Source of the DNA: an uncultured Chloroflexia bacterium
GTDB lineage: Bacteria > Chloroflexota > Limnocylindria > Limnocylindrales > CSP1-4
Direction: 5' to 3'
DNA length: 64,000 nucleotides
NCBI GenBank assembly: GCA_963707215.1
Contig: CAVPPB010000003.1
Coordinates: forward strand, 1,088,001 to 1,152,000
The position numbers were made by a program, and so were the translations under genes. Of the stretch, positions 35,367 through 45,725 are shown one piece after another; positions within the stretch are counted from its first letter, which is position 1, and the number at the start of each line of letters is the position of its first letter. The notes beneath the pieces were generated by a model. The model saw only the letters and a program-made list of their open reading frames with translations. It was not told the origin of the DNA and searched no databases.

Positions 35367-35912
35367 ATGACGGACATCGCCGTGACAGACGTCCCCGCGG
35401 TCGAAGGTTCGGTCCGGCGCTCGGCCGACGGTGATGAGGTCGCCTTCGCTCGATTGATCGGCGAGCACAACTCGTCGATGGCCCGGGTCGCCTACGCGAT
35501 CACCGGCGACCGGGATTCCGCAGGCGACGCGGTCCAATCGGCCTGGGCGATCGCCTGGCGACGGCTCGGCAGCCTGCGGGATCCCGCCCAGGTGCACCCA
35601 TGGCTGGTCGCGATCGCCGCCAACGAGGCCCGACAAGCGCTGCGCCGGCAGCGTGTGCGGCGAGTCGTCGACATCTCCACGACGATCGCGGCCGGCGCCG
35701 GCGGCGACCCGGCCGATCGGATCGCCACCATCGATCTCGACCGGGTGCTGATCCGACTGGCGCCCGACGACCGGACGCTCCTCGCGCTCCGCTTCGTGGC
35801 CGGGCTCGACTCATCAGAGATCGCGGCCCAGCTGGGCCTGTCCGCCTCGGGCGTGCGCAGCCGCCTCTCGCGCCTCATCGAGCGTCTCCGAAGGGAGCTC
35901 GACCATGCCTGA
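35367..35912 (+). CDS. ECF sigma-70 factor
   Basis: GDEVAFARL, DAVQ, WLVAIAANEAR, EIAAQLG..VRSRLSR; upstream GGGAC-N17-CATCTA. Confidence 0.9.
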   Translation: MTDIAVTDVPAVEGSVRRSADGDEVAFARLIGEHNSSMARVAYAITGDRDSAGDAVQSAWAIAWRRLGSLRDPAQVHPWLVAIAANEARQALRRQRVRRVVDISTTIAAGAGGDPADRIATIDLDRVLIRLAPDDRTLLALRFVAGLDSSEIAAQLGLSASGVRSRLSRLIERLRRELDHA

Positions 35913-37131
35913 GCCGCCGACCTTCGAGGCCCGCCTCGCCGACGCCTTCGACCGGTATGTCGCGCCAGCGCCGGTCGAGGTCGACACACGCGCCCTGGCG
36001 CGCTCCGTGGTGGCCGGCGCCGCGGGCCGGCGCTGGCAGGCGAGTGACCTCGCCCCAACCGGACGGCGACTCCTGTTGCTCGCGGCGGCGCTGCTCGTCG
36101 CGAGCCTGGCCGCGATCGTGGTGGGCGGCCGACTCGTCGATCCACCGCCGCCACCGACGCCGTTCCGGGGCGAGCTCCTGCCCGCTGGCTCGCTCATCCA
36201 GCCGCGGATCGGGGCTGCGCTCGTCCCGCTGCAGGATGGGCGGGTCCTGGTCGTCGGTGGCCTGCCGGACCCGACGGAGTCGACGGACGAGACCGGCTCC
36301 GGTCTCACCCCGCCGGAGATCTGGGACCCAGCGACGGGGCGCTTCAGTCCGGTCGACGGCTACGCACATGCCATGCGTGCGGCGACCATCTTGCAGGATG
36401 GGCGCGTCCTGACCCTGGGTGCGGACCGCACCTACGCCGTGTTCGACCCGTCGACCGGCGCGGTCTCGGCTCGCAACGGCATGGCCGCGGATCGATCGAG
36501 CCCGGCAGCCGCCCTGCTTCGGGACGGACGGGTGCTGGTCGTGGGCGGCACCGCCGACGCGACGGCCGAGTTGTTCGACCCGATGTCGAACCGGTTCGCA
36601 CCGACCGGCTCGATGACCCAAGGTCGACAGGCGCCGATCGCGGTGGGCCTACGGGACGGGCGGGCGCTCATCGTCGGGGGCGGGATCGCGACCGCCGAAG
36701 TGTACGACCCGGCGACCGGCGAGTTCGTCGACCTCGGACCGACCGGTCTGACGGCCGACCCCGTAGCTGCGAACCGACTATCCGACGGGCGTGTGCTGGT
36801 GATCGGCACCGCCCGCTTCCAGGCCACCGCCCCGGCGGTCATCTTCGACCCAACGACCGAACGCTTCGACCCGACGGTCGACGTGCCGAGCCATGTCGCC
36901 GGGGCGGCGGCGACATGGGACGGACCAGCCGTCCTGGTCGGCGACCATGAGAGGGGCGGTGGCACCTTCGCCGTGCTGTTCGATCCCGCGGTCGGGGTGG
37001 TCCGTGAGCTGCCTTCGCCGACCGCGTACCACCCGAGTGTCGCAGCGCTCCCGGATGGAGGGGTGCTCCTCGTCGGCGGCTACGACATCGACGACGGTGC
37101 GAGGCTTAGGGTCGCCGAGATCTACCGCTGA
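35905..37131 (+). CDS. Putative anti-sigma factor with one TM and a Kelch/galactose-oxidase-type beta-propeller
   Basis: Overlaps the sigma stop; short N-domain, TM, then repeated LxDGRVLVVGG..AExxDP units. Confidence 0.75.
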   Translation: MPEPPTFEARLADAFDRYVAPAPVEVDTRALARSVVAGAAGRRWQASDLAPTGRRLLLLAAALLVASLAAIVVGGRLVDPPPPPTPFRGELLPAGSLIQPRIGAALVPLQDGRVLVVGGLPDPTESTDETGSGLTPPEIWDPATGRFSPVDGYAHAMRAATILQDGRVLTLGADRTYAVFDPSTGAVSARNGMAADRSSPAAALLRDGRVLVVGGTADATAELFDPMSNRFAPTGSMTQGRQAPIAVGLRDGRALIVGGGIATAEVYDPATGEFVDLGPTGLTADPVAANRLSDGRVLVIGTARFQATAPAVIFDPTTERFDPTVDVPSHVAGAAATWDGPAVLVGDHERGGGTFAVLFDPAVGVVRELPSPTAYHPSVAALPDGGVLLVGGYDIDDGARLRVAEIYR

Positions 37132-37151
37132 GGCGAACGAGAGGGACTGGG

Positions 37152-38246
37152 ATGGACGGACGACGATCGACCCTGGCAGGTGCGCTCATCGCGAGCCTCG
37201 CGGTCGCGGTCGGAGCTTGCGGAGGTGCGACATCGCCGGCTCCCACGAGCCCTTCGCCTTCAGCAGTGGTGACCAGCGCCAGCCCCAGGGGGTCGTCGAG
37301 TCCCACGGTCTCGCCCACGCCGACGCCCAGCCCGGCGATGGCCGACGGCGAGGCCTGGCTCGCGTTCCAGGCGAGCGGCCCCGCAGGATACGGCATCTAC
37401 CTCGTCCGTCCGGACGGCACCGGCTTCCACGCTCCGATCGCGGGCGTCGGGTCCGGCACGCAGCTGCACCCGGACTGGTCGCCCGATGGCTCGAGCCTGA
37501 CCTTCGACATGGAGGAGTCGGGCGATGTCTGGCTCGTCCGCGTCGACGGGTGGGAACCGGAGCGGCTCGTCGATTGCGAGGCGCCGTGCGCCTGGGCGAG
37601 TGAGGCAGCATGGGCGCCGGACGGGGCCTCGGTCGCGTTCCAGCGGTACGCAGAGGTGGACGGGAAGACCGTGTCCGCGCTCGAGGTGCTCGACATCACG
37701 ACGCGCGAGGTCCGGACCGTGCTCAGCGCGCCCGAGGGCCTCGTCATGTTCGCGCCGCGCTGGTCGCCCGACGGTCGCTCGGTCGTCGTCGAGGTGGCGA
37801 GGTTCGAGGGCGGCACGCCGCGCGGCCAGATCGTCGGCGATTCGCTCGGCGTGATCGACCTGACGGCGGCGATGCCCGAGATCCGCACGATCGTGCCCTT
37901 CGAGTGGTTCGCCAACAACCCTGACTGGAGCCCTACCGGCGCGCTTCTGGTCTTCTCCGCCCCGTCGGCGGGTGGGGAGCCCGGCGGAGCGAAGAGCGAC
38001 CTGTGGACCGTGAACCCCGACGGCAGTGGCCTGACGCGCCTCACCGATGTCGCCGCCTCGGGCGGCACGGCGATCCACCCGGCCTTCGCACCCGATGGCG
38101 AGGGGGTCCTCTTCGTCCTGACGGACCCAGCCTCGGGCGCGTTCGACGCGATGGCGACGATCGGCCTGGACGGCACCGGCCTAGCGCCGGCGACGTCGTC
38201 GGGCTACACACCGGGCACCCATCCCCGACTGCGGCCGACACCGTAG
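37152..38246 (+). CDS. TolB/PD40-repeat beta-propeller lipoprotein
   Basis: Lipobox-like AVGAC, S/P/T linker, repeated PxWSPDG. Confidence 0.8.
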   Translation: MDGRRSTLAGALIASLAVAVGACGGATSPAPTSPSPSAVVTSASPRGSSSPTVSPTPTPSPAMADGEAWLAFQASGPAGYGIYLVRPDGTGFHAPIAGVGSGTQLHPDWSPDGSSLTFDMEESGDVWLVRVDGWEPERLVDCEAPCAWASEAAWAPDGASVAFQRYAEVDGKTVSALEVLDITTREVRTVLSAPEGLVMFAPRWSPDGRSVVVEVARFEGGTPRGQIVGDSLGVIDLTAAMPEIRTIVPFEWFANNPDWSPTGALLVFSAPSAGGEPGGAKSDLWTVNPDGSGLTRLTDVAASGGTAIHPAFAPDGEGVLFVLTDPASGAFDAMATIGLDGTGLAPATSSGYTPGTHPRLRPTP

Positions 38247-38293
38247 GGCCCGGCCGCTCCCACCGACCCTGCGCTATACTCCCCCTCCGGCGT

Positions 38294-38369
38294 GGGGCTA
38301 TAGCTCAGCTGGGAGAGCGTCTGAATGGCATTCAGAAGGTCCGGGGTTCGAATCCCCGTAGCTCCACCA
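38294..38369 (+). tRNA. tRNA-Ala(GGC)
   Basis: GGGGCTA/TAGCTCC acceptor; tctga-atGGCat-tcaga; GGTTCGAATCC; CCA; TATACT -10 at 38275-38280. Confidence 0.97.
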
Positions 38370-38393
38370 AGCCACTGACACGCCGACCACCTC

Positions 38394-38427
38394 GACCCCC
38401 TGCCGGTTCGGCGGGGGGTCTTCGTTT
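38394..38427 (+). terminator. Intrinsic terminator after tRNA-Ala
   Basis: gaccccctgccg...cggcggggggtc followed by ttcgttt. Confidence 0.7.
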
Positions 38428-38470
38428 CGACCGGCGACCGACGCCGAGCAGGAGCCGCAGGGAACCGATC

Positions 38471-41052
38471 GTGACCGACACCGCCGAGCCGCGACTCCCG
38501 GCACCGGCGCCGCTGGGCGCGGGCGCATCGACCGCTACGAGCCGACCGCCATCGAGCCGCGCTGGCAGGCCCGCTGGGACGAGCTGAGGCTGTAGCGGAC
38601 GGACCTCCACGACGCGTCGCGGCCCCATTACTACCTGCTCACGATGTACGACTACCCGTCGGGCGACCTCCACATCGGGCACTGGTACGTCAAGACCCCG
38701 ACCGACGCCCTGGGCCGCTTCCGGCGGATGCAGGGCCACGATGTCTTCATGCCGGTGGGCTTCGACGCCTTCGGCCTGCCGGCCGAGAACGCGGCCATCA
38801 AGAGCGGTCGCCACCCGGTCGAGTGGACGATGCGCAACATCCAGAACATGCGGCGTCAACTGCGCTCGATGGGGGCCGCCTGGGACTGGGACGCCGAGGT
38901 CGTCACCTGCGACCCGTCGTACTACCGCTGGAACCAGTGGCTGTTCCTGCGCTTCCTGGAGGCCGGGCTGGCCTACCGCTCGGTCTCGGCGGTGGACTGG
39001 TGCCCCAACGACGGGACCCTGGCCCGCGAGCAGGTCGAGGGAGCCGACCGCCACTGCTGGCGCTGCGGGGCCAAGGTCGAGAAGCGCGAGCTGCCCCAGT
39101 GGTACCTGCGGACGACCGCCTACGCCGACGAGCTGCTCGACTTCACTGGCATCGACTGGCCCGAGCCGATCCGCGTCATGCAGACCAACTGGATCGGCCG
39201 TTCGGAGGGCGGCGAAGTCGTCTTCACCTCGGCCCCCGACCAGCACCAGCCGGGCGGTGACGAGATCCGGGTCTTCACGACCCGCCCGGACACGCTCTTC
39301 GGGGCGACGTTCATGGTCCTGGCGCCCGAGCACCCGCTGGTCGAGAAGCTGACCGCGCCGGGTCAGCGGGGGGTCGTCCGGGCCTACGTCGAGCAGGCCG
39401 CCAGCGAGACCGAGATCGAGCGCCTCTCCACCGAGCGCGAGAAGACCGGCGTCCCGATCGGCGCCGACGCCATCAACCCGGTCAACGGCGAGCGCATCCC
39501 GATCTGGGTCGCCGACTACGTCCTGGCCGGCTACGGCACCGGGGCGATCATGGCCGTGCCGGCCCACGACGAGCGCGACTTCGCCTTCGCCAGGGAGTTC
39601 GGGCTGGAGATCCGCGAGGTCATCCGGCCGATGGACCGGGTCGGCCACGAGGGAGAGCTGGCAGAGGCCTACGTCAGCAAGGCCGACACCGACGTCCTGG
39701 TCAACTCGGGCCGCTACAACGGCATGTCCTCGCCCGACGCGATCCGGGCCATCGTCGCCGACCTGGAGGAGCGCGGCCTGGGCAAGGCCGCCGTCACCTA
39801 CCGCCTCCGCGACTGGCTCATCAGCCGCCAGCGCTACTGGGGCACGCCGTTCCCGATCGTCTACTGCGAGACCGACGGCATCGTCCCGGTCCCCGACGAC
39901 CAGCTGCCGGTCCTCCTGCCCGAGACCGTCGACTACAAGGGGAGCGGCGTCAACCCGCTGACCCACGACGAGGCCTTCCTGGCGGCGACCTGCCCGCGCT
40001 GCGGGGGCCCGGCCCGCCGCGAGACCGACACGATGGACACCTTCATGGATTCGTCGTGGTACTGGTTCCGCTACCTCTCGCCCGCCAAGGACGACGGAGC
40101 GGTCGACCGGGCGATGACCGACGCCTGGACCCCGGTCGACCAGTACACCGGCGGCGCCGAGCACGCGGTCATGCACCTGCTCTACAGCCGCTTCTTCACC
40201 AAGGCCATGGCCGACTGCGGCCTCGTCGGCCACCGCGAGCCGTTCCGCCGGCTGTTCAACCAGGGCCAGATCCTGGGCGCCGACGGCGAGCGGATGAGCA
40301 AGAGCCGGGGCAACGTCCAGGACCCCGACGACCTGGTGGGGCGGTACGGCGCCGACACGGTCCGGCTCTTCCTGATGTTCATGGGTCCCTGGGACCAGGG
40401 CGGTCCCTGGAGCCAGACCGGGGTCGGTGGCGTGCACCGCTTCCTGAACCGGGTCTGGACGCTGACCCTGGACCCGCACGGGGTCGAGCCGTCCGATCCT
40501 GAGGCCGGCCGGCTGCCGGCCGGCGAGGATGCCGGGGCCGCCGAGCGGACGCTCCGGGCAGCCGCCCACCGGACCCTCCGCGACGTCACCGCCGACTACG
40601 AGGGCTTCCGGTTCAACGTCATGGTCGCCAAGCTCATGGAGCTGTCCAACGTCCTCTACCGCTACCGCGGCACCGAGGTCGCCGGCGGGGCGGCCTGGGA
40701 CGAGGCGGTCCGGCTGCTCCTGCTGATGCTGGCCCCGGCGGCCCCGCACGTCGCCGAGGAGCTCTGGTCGCGCCGCCAGGCGGCAGCCGGCGTCGAATGG
40801 TCGTCGATCCATCTCGAGACCTGGCCGGCCGTCGACGAGGGGGCCGCGGCCGAGGAGACCCGCGAGGTCCCCGTCCAGGTGAACGGCAAGCTCCGCGACA
40901 AGGTCGTCGTGCCGGCCGACATCTCGCAGGCGGAGCTCGAGGCGATCGTCCTGGCCCGGCCGAAGGTCGAGGCCGCGCTGGCCGGTCGCACCCCGGACCG
41001 GGTCATCCACGCCGGCGGCGGCAAGCTCGTCAACATCGTCGTCCGGGGATGA
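38471..41052 (+). CDS. leuS: Leucyl-tRNA synthetase; apparent frameshift near 38515 and TAG near 38593 are probable sequence errors
   Basis: [64 protein letters not shown]; [12 protein letters not shown] lies upstream of the track ORF. Confidence 0.96.
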
Positions 41053-41603
41053 GCGACGGGACCGACCGGGTCGGCGAGGCGATCGCCGCCTGGGCCGAGA
41101 TGACCGCTCCCCCCGACCCGTCGACGGGGGCCCGGAGCCGCCCGATGCGCCCGGTGCGCGACGGCGCGGTCGTCGAGCTCCGCGAGATCACCGAGCCGAT
41201 CGTTCGCGACGTCCTGCGGCTCCAGGTGGCGCCGTCCCAGCGCGGCCACGTCGCCCCGAACGCCGTCTCGCTCGCCGAGGCGCTCTTCGAGCCGAAGGCC
41301 TGGTACCGGGTCATCGTGGCCGACGATCGGCCGGTCGGGTTCGCCATGCTGTCCGTCGACACCGCCAAGCCCGAGTACTACCTCTGGCGCCTGATGGTGG
41401 CCGAGCCGTACCAGGGCCTGGGCTACGGCCGACGGGCCGTCGAGCTGCTGGTCGAGCACGTCCGGGGCCTGCCGAACGCGACCGAGCTGGTGGTGAGCTG
41501 GGTGCCCGGCGAGGCCGGACCCGAGCGCTTCTATCGCGACCTCGGCTTCGAGCCGACGGGCGAGGTCGACGAGGGCGAGGTCGTCGCGAGGCTCACGCTG
41601 TGA
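41049..41603 (+). CDS. GNAT acetyltransferase (spermidine acetyltransferase-like)
   Basis: [23 protein letters not shown]; ATGA overlap with leuS. Confidence 0.85.
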   Translation: MSDGTDRVGEAIAAWAEMTAPPDPSTGARSRPMRPVRDGAVVELREITEPIVRDVLRLQVAPSQRGHVAPNAVSLAEALFEPKAWYRVIVADDRPVGFAMLSVDTAKPEYYLWRLMVAEPYQGLGYGRRAVELLVEHVRGLPNATELVVSWVPGEAGPERFYRDLGFEPTGEVDEGEVVARLTL

Positions 41604-42022
41604 GAGGCGGCGTCGATCGAGCGCGAGGTGCTTCGGCGACGCTGGCGCTCGCCGCGCTCGTCGGCGCCGTCGCCCTCGCCTCGGCTGGCTGCGCCGGCTT
41701 CACCAGCGACCCGGCCCTGACCCTCGGCCTGGCCAACGAGACCGACCGGCCGGTGCTCGTCTACGTCAACGACGAGTGGGTCGGCACCTTCCCGGTCGAC
41801 GCGGACCGCGACGACATCACGACGAGCGCGCACGGCGGGCCGCCCTGGCGGGTCGAGGTCCGGACCGACGCGGGCACGGTCCTGGCAGCCTTCGAGGCGG
41901 ACACCGCGACCGTGCCGACCGGGATCGAGGCCGAGACGACCTGCGGGGACCTCGCCGCCTGGGCCGGCGACGCGCGTCCGCCCGAGCTGGAGATCGCTCC
42001 GGGCACCGTCCCCTGCGAGTAG
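41600..42022 (+). CDS. Hypothetical lipoprotein
   Basis: Hydrophobic signal ending ASAGC; GTGA overlap. Confidence 0.6.
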   Translation: MRGGVDRARGASATLALAALVGAVALASAGCAGFTSDPALTLGLANETDRPVLVYVNDEWVGTFPVDADRDDITTSAHGGPPWRVEVRTDAGTVLAAFEADTATVPTGIEAETTCGDLAAWAGDARPPELEIAPGTVPCE

Positions 42023-42060
42023 GCTCCGGCGATCTCGAGGCTCGGCCGACGGTCGGAGCC

Positions 42061-42154
42061 GAGCTCGGTGCTGGGGGTGTCCCGGTCGACGGCTGACCGC
42101 CGAGCCGCCTCGTGAGTCGGTACGGCGACGGCTGGTTCGTCGGTGATGTCGACG
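42061..42154 (+). pseudogene. Degenerate copy of the 5' part of the aminotransferase gene (46058-46151)
   Basis: cgtgagtcggtacggcgacggctggttcgtcggtgatgtcgacg versus cgtgagtcggtaccgcgacggctggttcatcgaggacgtcgacg; TGG changed to TGA; indels. Confidence 0.75.
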
Positions 42155-42182
42155 AGGCCTCCCCGTTCGCCGATCCCCGCGG

Positions 42183-42782
42183 TCAGGCGCCCGCACGCTT
42201 CGGATCGGCCCCCGCTCCGGTGTCCTCCGCGGCCTCCCACTCGTCCCGGGTGAGCTCGTACTCGACGTCGCCGTACTCCTCGCCCTCGATGCGGTCCGGC
42301 CATGGCTGGTGGAACACGCGGACGCGACGCAGCCCGGCCTTCTCCATGACCCGCCACGAGGCGACGTTCACGACCATGGTCGTGGCGTACACGCGCCGGA
42401 CATCAAGGTCGGAGAAGGCCTTCCGGACGAGTGCCCGGCTCCCCTCGGTCGCGTAGCCCTGGCCCCAGGCCGAGGCGACCAGCCGGTAGCCCATCTCCGG
42501 CTCGTCGTCCGCGTCACCGCGTTGCGGGCGCAAGTGGAACCAGCCGAGGAAGGCACCGGTCCCCTTCTCGACCGCCGCCCAGAAACCGTACCGGTCGCCC
42601 TCCGCGTAGTAGGCCAGCCAGAACGGCAGGTGGTCGTCGCGGATCTCGTCCCGCGGCGTCGGCCGGCCGCCGGTGATGTAGCGCATGACCGCGGGGTCGG
42701 CGTCGAGCGCCACGATGTCGTCGAGGTCGTCGGGCGTGAGCCGGCGGAGGACTAGGCGGTCGGTCTCGAGGTAGACGTGCAC
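42183..42782 (-). CDS. GNAT N-acetyltransferase, RimJ/RimL family
   Basis: LETDRLVLR, EMGYRL..WGQGYATE, NVASWRVMEKAG; TACCAT -10 6 nt before the GTG. Confidence 0.88.
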   Translation of the reverse strand: MHVYLETDRLVLRRLTPDDLDDIVALDADPAVMRYITGGRPTPRDEIRDDHLPFWLAYYAEGDRYGFWAAVEKGTGAFLGWFHLRPQRGDADDEPEMGYRLVASAWGQGYATEGSRALVRKAFSDLDVRRVYATTMVVNVASWRVMEKAGLRRVRVFHQPWPDRIEGEEYGDVEYELTRDEWEAAEDTGAGADPKRAGA

Positions 42783-42847
42783 CGCGCGATGGTAGCGGCC
42801 CGCCCGTGGCCCTCCGTGCGCAGCTGGCGCCGAGCGGACCGTTGAGC

Positions 42848-43516
42848 TCAGGCGCTCCGCGCGCCCGCCGACGCGAACGCCATGGCCCGCTGAAGGGCCG
42901 CCTCGCGCATGGCCTCCGGGATCGGCACGGCCCCGCCGACGAGCGACGCGTGGAGCGCCGCCTGCGCGGCCTCCTCCACGACGCCACCGACGAGCACGGC
43001 CAGCTCCGGCGATCGATGGAAGACGAGGACGCCGTGGTTGGCGAGCAGCACCGCCGGCACGCCGGGCCGGGCCGCCGCATCGATGTTCGCGACGGCCTCG
43101 GCCGAGCCGCGGGGCCCGTAGCCGGCCACCGGGATCCCGTCGGCCAGCCCGAACATCGCCAGCGCCTCGATCCAGCACTCGATCGGCCGCTGGGCGACGG
43201 CGAAGGCGGTCGCGAACGGCGAGTGGGTATGGAGGACGCACTGGACCTCCTCGCTCGCCCGGTACCGCGACGTGTGCATGTCGACGACGGCAGCCTGGAT
43301 CGGGGGCAGCTGGCCCTCGATCAGGGTCCCGTCGAGGCGGACGCGGGCGACCCCCTCCGCGGTCAGGCCCTGGAGCGACGCGGCCGAGGTGAAGTACATC
43401 TCGTCGGCGCCGGCGACCCGCAGGCTGACGTTGCCGTGGCCGTTCGACCCGATCGCGCCGCTGGCGAGCACCCGCTGGGTGGTGTCGATGAGCCCGTCGA
43501 TGTAGTGGGGATCCAC
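42848..43516 (-). CDS. Class II aldolase/adducin-family protein
   Basis: GNVSLR, MH, HTHSPFAT, LLANHG, VEEAA; GGAGGAG RBS. Confidence 0.85.
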   Translation of the reverse strand: MDPHYIDGLIDTTQRVLASGAIGSNGHGNVSLRVAGADEMYFTSAASLQGLTAEGVARVRLDGTLIEGQLPPIQAAVVDMHTSRYRASEEVQCVLHTHSPFATAFAVAQRPIECWIEALAMFGLADGIPVAGYGPRGSAEAVANIDAAARPGVPAVLLANHGVLVFHRSPELAVLVGGVVEEAAQAALHASLVGGAVPIPEAMREAALQRAMAFASAGARSA

Positions 43517-43610
43517 GGGGCGCTCCTCCGGTGCGGTGGTCGGGCGACCGGCCCATCGTGGCACGTCCTGGCCACCCCCTGCGCCGCAGCGCTGCCGGCC
43601 CAGGGACCGC

Positions 43611-43643
43611 TTGACAGGGTCTCTGTACAACCGTATGGTTGTA
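43611..43643 (+). promoter_or_regulatory. Sigma70 promoter with an overlapping palindromic ArsR operator
   Basis: TTGACA-N17-TATGGT; TACAACC-gtat-GGTTGTA at 43626-43643. Confidence 0.85.
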
Positions 43644-43645
43644 TG

Positions 43646-43978
43646 ATGCAAGTCGCTCTCGACCACGACCGCATCTTCGGGGCCCTGTCCGACGCCACGC
43701 GCCGCGACATCGTGCGCCGGGCGATCGACGGGCGCGAAGGCGTCGCCGAGCTGGCCACCCACTACTCCATGAGCTTCGCGGCGGTGCAGAAGCACGTCGC
43801 CATCCTCGAGCGAGCGGGGCTGGTCACGAAGCGGCGGATCGGGCGGCGCAAGGTCGTCCACACCAACCTCGAAGGGCTCCGCACGGCGCGACGACTGCTC
43901 GATCGCTACGAGGACATGTGGCGCGAGCGCGTCGAACGGATGACCCAGCTCATCAGCGAACAGGAGGCGTCCCGATGA
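43646..43978 (+). CDS. ArsR/SmtB-family regulator
   Basis: FGALSDATRRDI, SFAAVQKHVAILERAGLV. Confidence 0.9.
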   Translation: MQVALDHDRIFGALSDATRRDIVRRAIDGREGVAELATHYSMSFAAVQKHVAILERAGLVTKRRIGRRKVVHTNLEGLRTARRLLDRYEDMWRERVERMTQLISEQEASR

Positions 43979-44478
43979 CCGTCACTGCCGTCCGCAAGGA
44001 CCCCCAGAACCGCACCATGGTGCTCGAGGCCGAGTTCGAGGCCTCCCCCGACCGGGTGTGGCAGCTCTGGGCCGACCCGCGCCAGCTCGAGCGTTGGTGG
44101 GGTCCGCCGACCTACCCCGCCACCGTGACCGCTCACGATCTTCGGGCGGGTGGCCGCGTCGAGTACCACATGACCGGCCCCGAGGGAGATCAGCCCAAGG
44201 GCTACTGGGAGGTGGACGAGGTCGAGCCGCCGCGTCGTCTCGTCTTCCGCGATGGCTTCGCGAACGACGACGGGACGCCGAACCCGGCGTTCCCCGAGTC
44301 GACCGGTCGCGTCAGCATCGAGGCGATCGGCGGCGGCAGGACCCGCATGACGATCGAGAGCGAGTTCCCGACCGTCGAGGCCATGGAGCAGGTCCTGGCC
44401 ATGGGCATGGAGGAAGGGCTCACCCAGGCCGTCGGCCAGATCGACGCGATCCTGGCCGAGGCCGGCGTCCGGTCCTGA
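43975..44478 (+). CDS. SRPBCC/AHSA1-domain protein
   Basis: ASPDRVWQLWADP..RWWGP, GMEEG; coupled to the ArsR gene. Confidence 0.9.
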   Translation: MTVTAVRKDPQNRTMVLEAEFEASPDRVWQLWADPRQLERWWGPPTYPATVTAHDLRAGGRVEYHMTGPEGDQPKGYWEVDEVEPPRRLVFRDGFANDDGTPNPAFPESTGRVSIEAIGGGRTRMTIESEFPTVEAMEQVLAMGMEEGLTQAVGQIDAILAEAGVRS

Positions 44479-44523
44479 GCCGACCCCGAGGCCCTCTTGA
44501 GCCCACCCCGCAAGGAGGACACC

Positions 44524-45405
44524 GTGACCATGGCATCGATCCAGCCGCGGACCGGGACCCTGGCGGTCCCAGGCGCGACGCTGACCTACGACATCCGACC
44601 CGGCGAGCAGAGCACGGAGCCGGCCCTTCTCCTCATCGGCTCGCCGATGGGCGCCGCCGGCTTCGCCAGCCTGGCCGGCCGCTTCGCCGACCGGACGATC
44701 GTCACCTACGACCCGCGCGGAGTCGAGCGCAGCACCAAGGACGACCCGTCGAGCCCGTCGACCCCGGACGAGCACCTCGACGATCTCCATCGGATCATCG
44801 AGGTCATCGGCGGCGGCCCGGTCGACCTGTTCGCCAGCAGCGGCGGGGCGGTGAACGCCCTGGCCCTCGTCGCCCGGCACCCGGAGGACGTGCGGACGCT
44901 GGTCGCCCACGAGCCGCCGGTGGTGAGCGACCTGCCCGATGCCGAGGCCGCGTCGAAGGCCTCCCGCTCCGTCGAGGACGCCTATCGGCGCGACGGGTTC
45001 GGGGCCGGCATGGCCCGGTTCATCCAGCTCGTCAGCCACCAGGGCCCGTTCCCGGACGACTGGGCCGACGCCCCCGCCCCGGATCCGGCGATGTTCGGCC
45101 TCCCGGCCGAGGACGACGGCTCCCGCGACGACCCGCTGCTGGGCCAGAACATGGGCACGAGCCCGCATCATCGGCTCGACTACGAGGTCCTGCGGGCGGC
45201 CCCGACGCGCATCGTCATCGCCGCCGGCGTCGAGTCGGGCGAGACGCTGGCCGCCCGGGCGGCCGTCGCGGTCGCGGAGCGCCTGGGCGTCGAGCCGGTC
45301 ATGTTCCCGAGTCACCACGGCGGCTTCCTGGGCGGCGAGTACGGCCAGGTGGGCGATCCCGACGCCTTCGCGGCCCGGCTGCGCGAGGTCCTGGGCGAGG
45401 GCTGA
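44524..45405 (+). CDS. Alpha/beta hydrolase
   Basis: TYDPRG, FASSGGA, HEPP, FPSHHGGF; AAGGAGG RBS. Confidence 0.88.
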   Translation: MTMASIQPRTGTLAVPGATLTYDIRPGEQSTEPALLLIGSPMGAAGFASLAGRFADRTIVTYDPRGVERSTKDDPSSPSTPDEHLDDLHRIIEVIGGGPVDLFASSGGAVNALALVARHPEDVRTLVAHEPPVVSDLPDAEAASKASRSVEDAYRRDGFGAGMARFIQLVSHQGPFPDDWADAPAPDPAMFGLPAEDDGSRDDPLLGQNMGTSPHHRLDYEVLRAAPTRIVIAAGVESGETLAARAAVAVAERLGVEPVMFPSHHGGFLGGEYGQVGDPDAFAARLREVLGEG

Positions 45406-45431
45406 CGCGGCCCTCGCCAGCGTCGCAGCGG

Positions 45432-45725
45432 TCAGGGCAGCTGTCTGATGACCGTGGCCCTGAACGGTGCGGCGAGCAGCTCGGCCAGCGGCGCGTAGAC
45501 ACCGGTGGCCGCGGCCGCCTGCATGTGCTCCGTCCGCGCCTCGGCGGACTCCCAGTCGGCGATCTCGATCAGCACGTCGGGGTCATCCGGGACCTCGTAG
45601 CGGGTGCTGCCGAGGTAGCCGCGCTGGCCGGGTCCGTGCTCCGCCGTGAGGGCCTCGACCAGGCCCTCGAGCTCGGGCCGTCGGCCGGGCTTGGCCCGCA
45701 GCTCCACGATCACCTTGATGGCCAC
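45432..45725 (-). CDS. Antibiotic biosynthesis monooxygenase (ABM) family protein
   Basis: ELRAKPGR..GYLG..EIADWESAEA..H. Confidence 0.75.
   Translation of the reverse strand: MAIKVIVELRAKPGRRPELEGLVEALTAEHGPGQRGYLGSTRYEVPDDPDVLIEIADWESAEARTEHMQAAAATGVYAPLAELLAAPFRATVIRQLP

Noticed and set aside
25642-38369. tRNA-anchored genomic island or prophage between the tRNA loci
   Set aside because: No integrase, no duplicated tRNA 3' end seen and no phage genes; the two tRNA-Ala genes are different isoacceptors
38593-38595. In-frame TAG in leuS as pyrrolysine or stop-codon recoding
   Set aside because: TAG ends other genes here, no pyl genes were seen, and an adjacent frameshift indicates a low-quality patch
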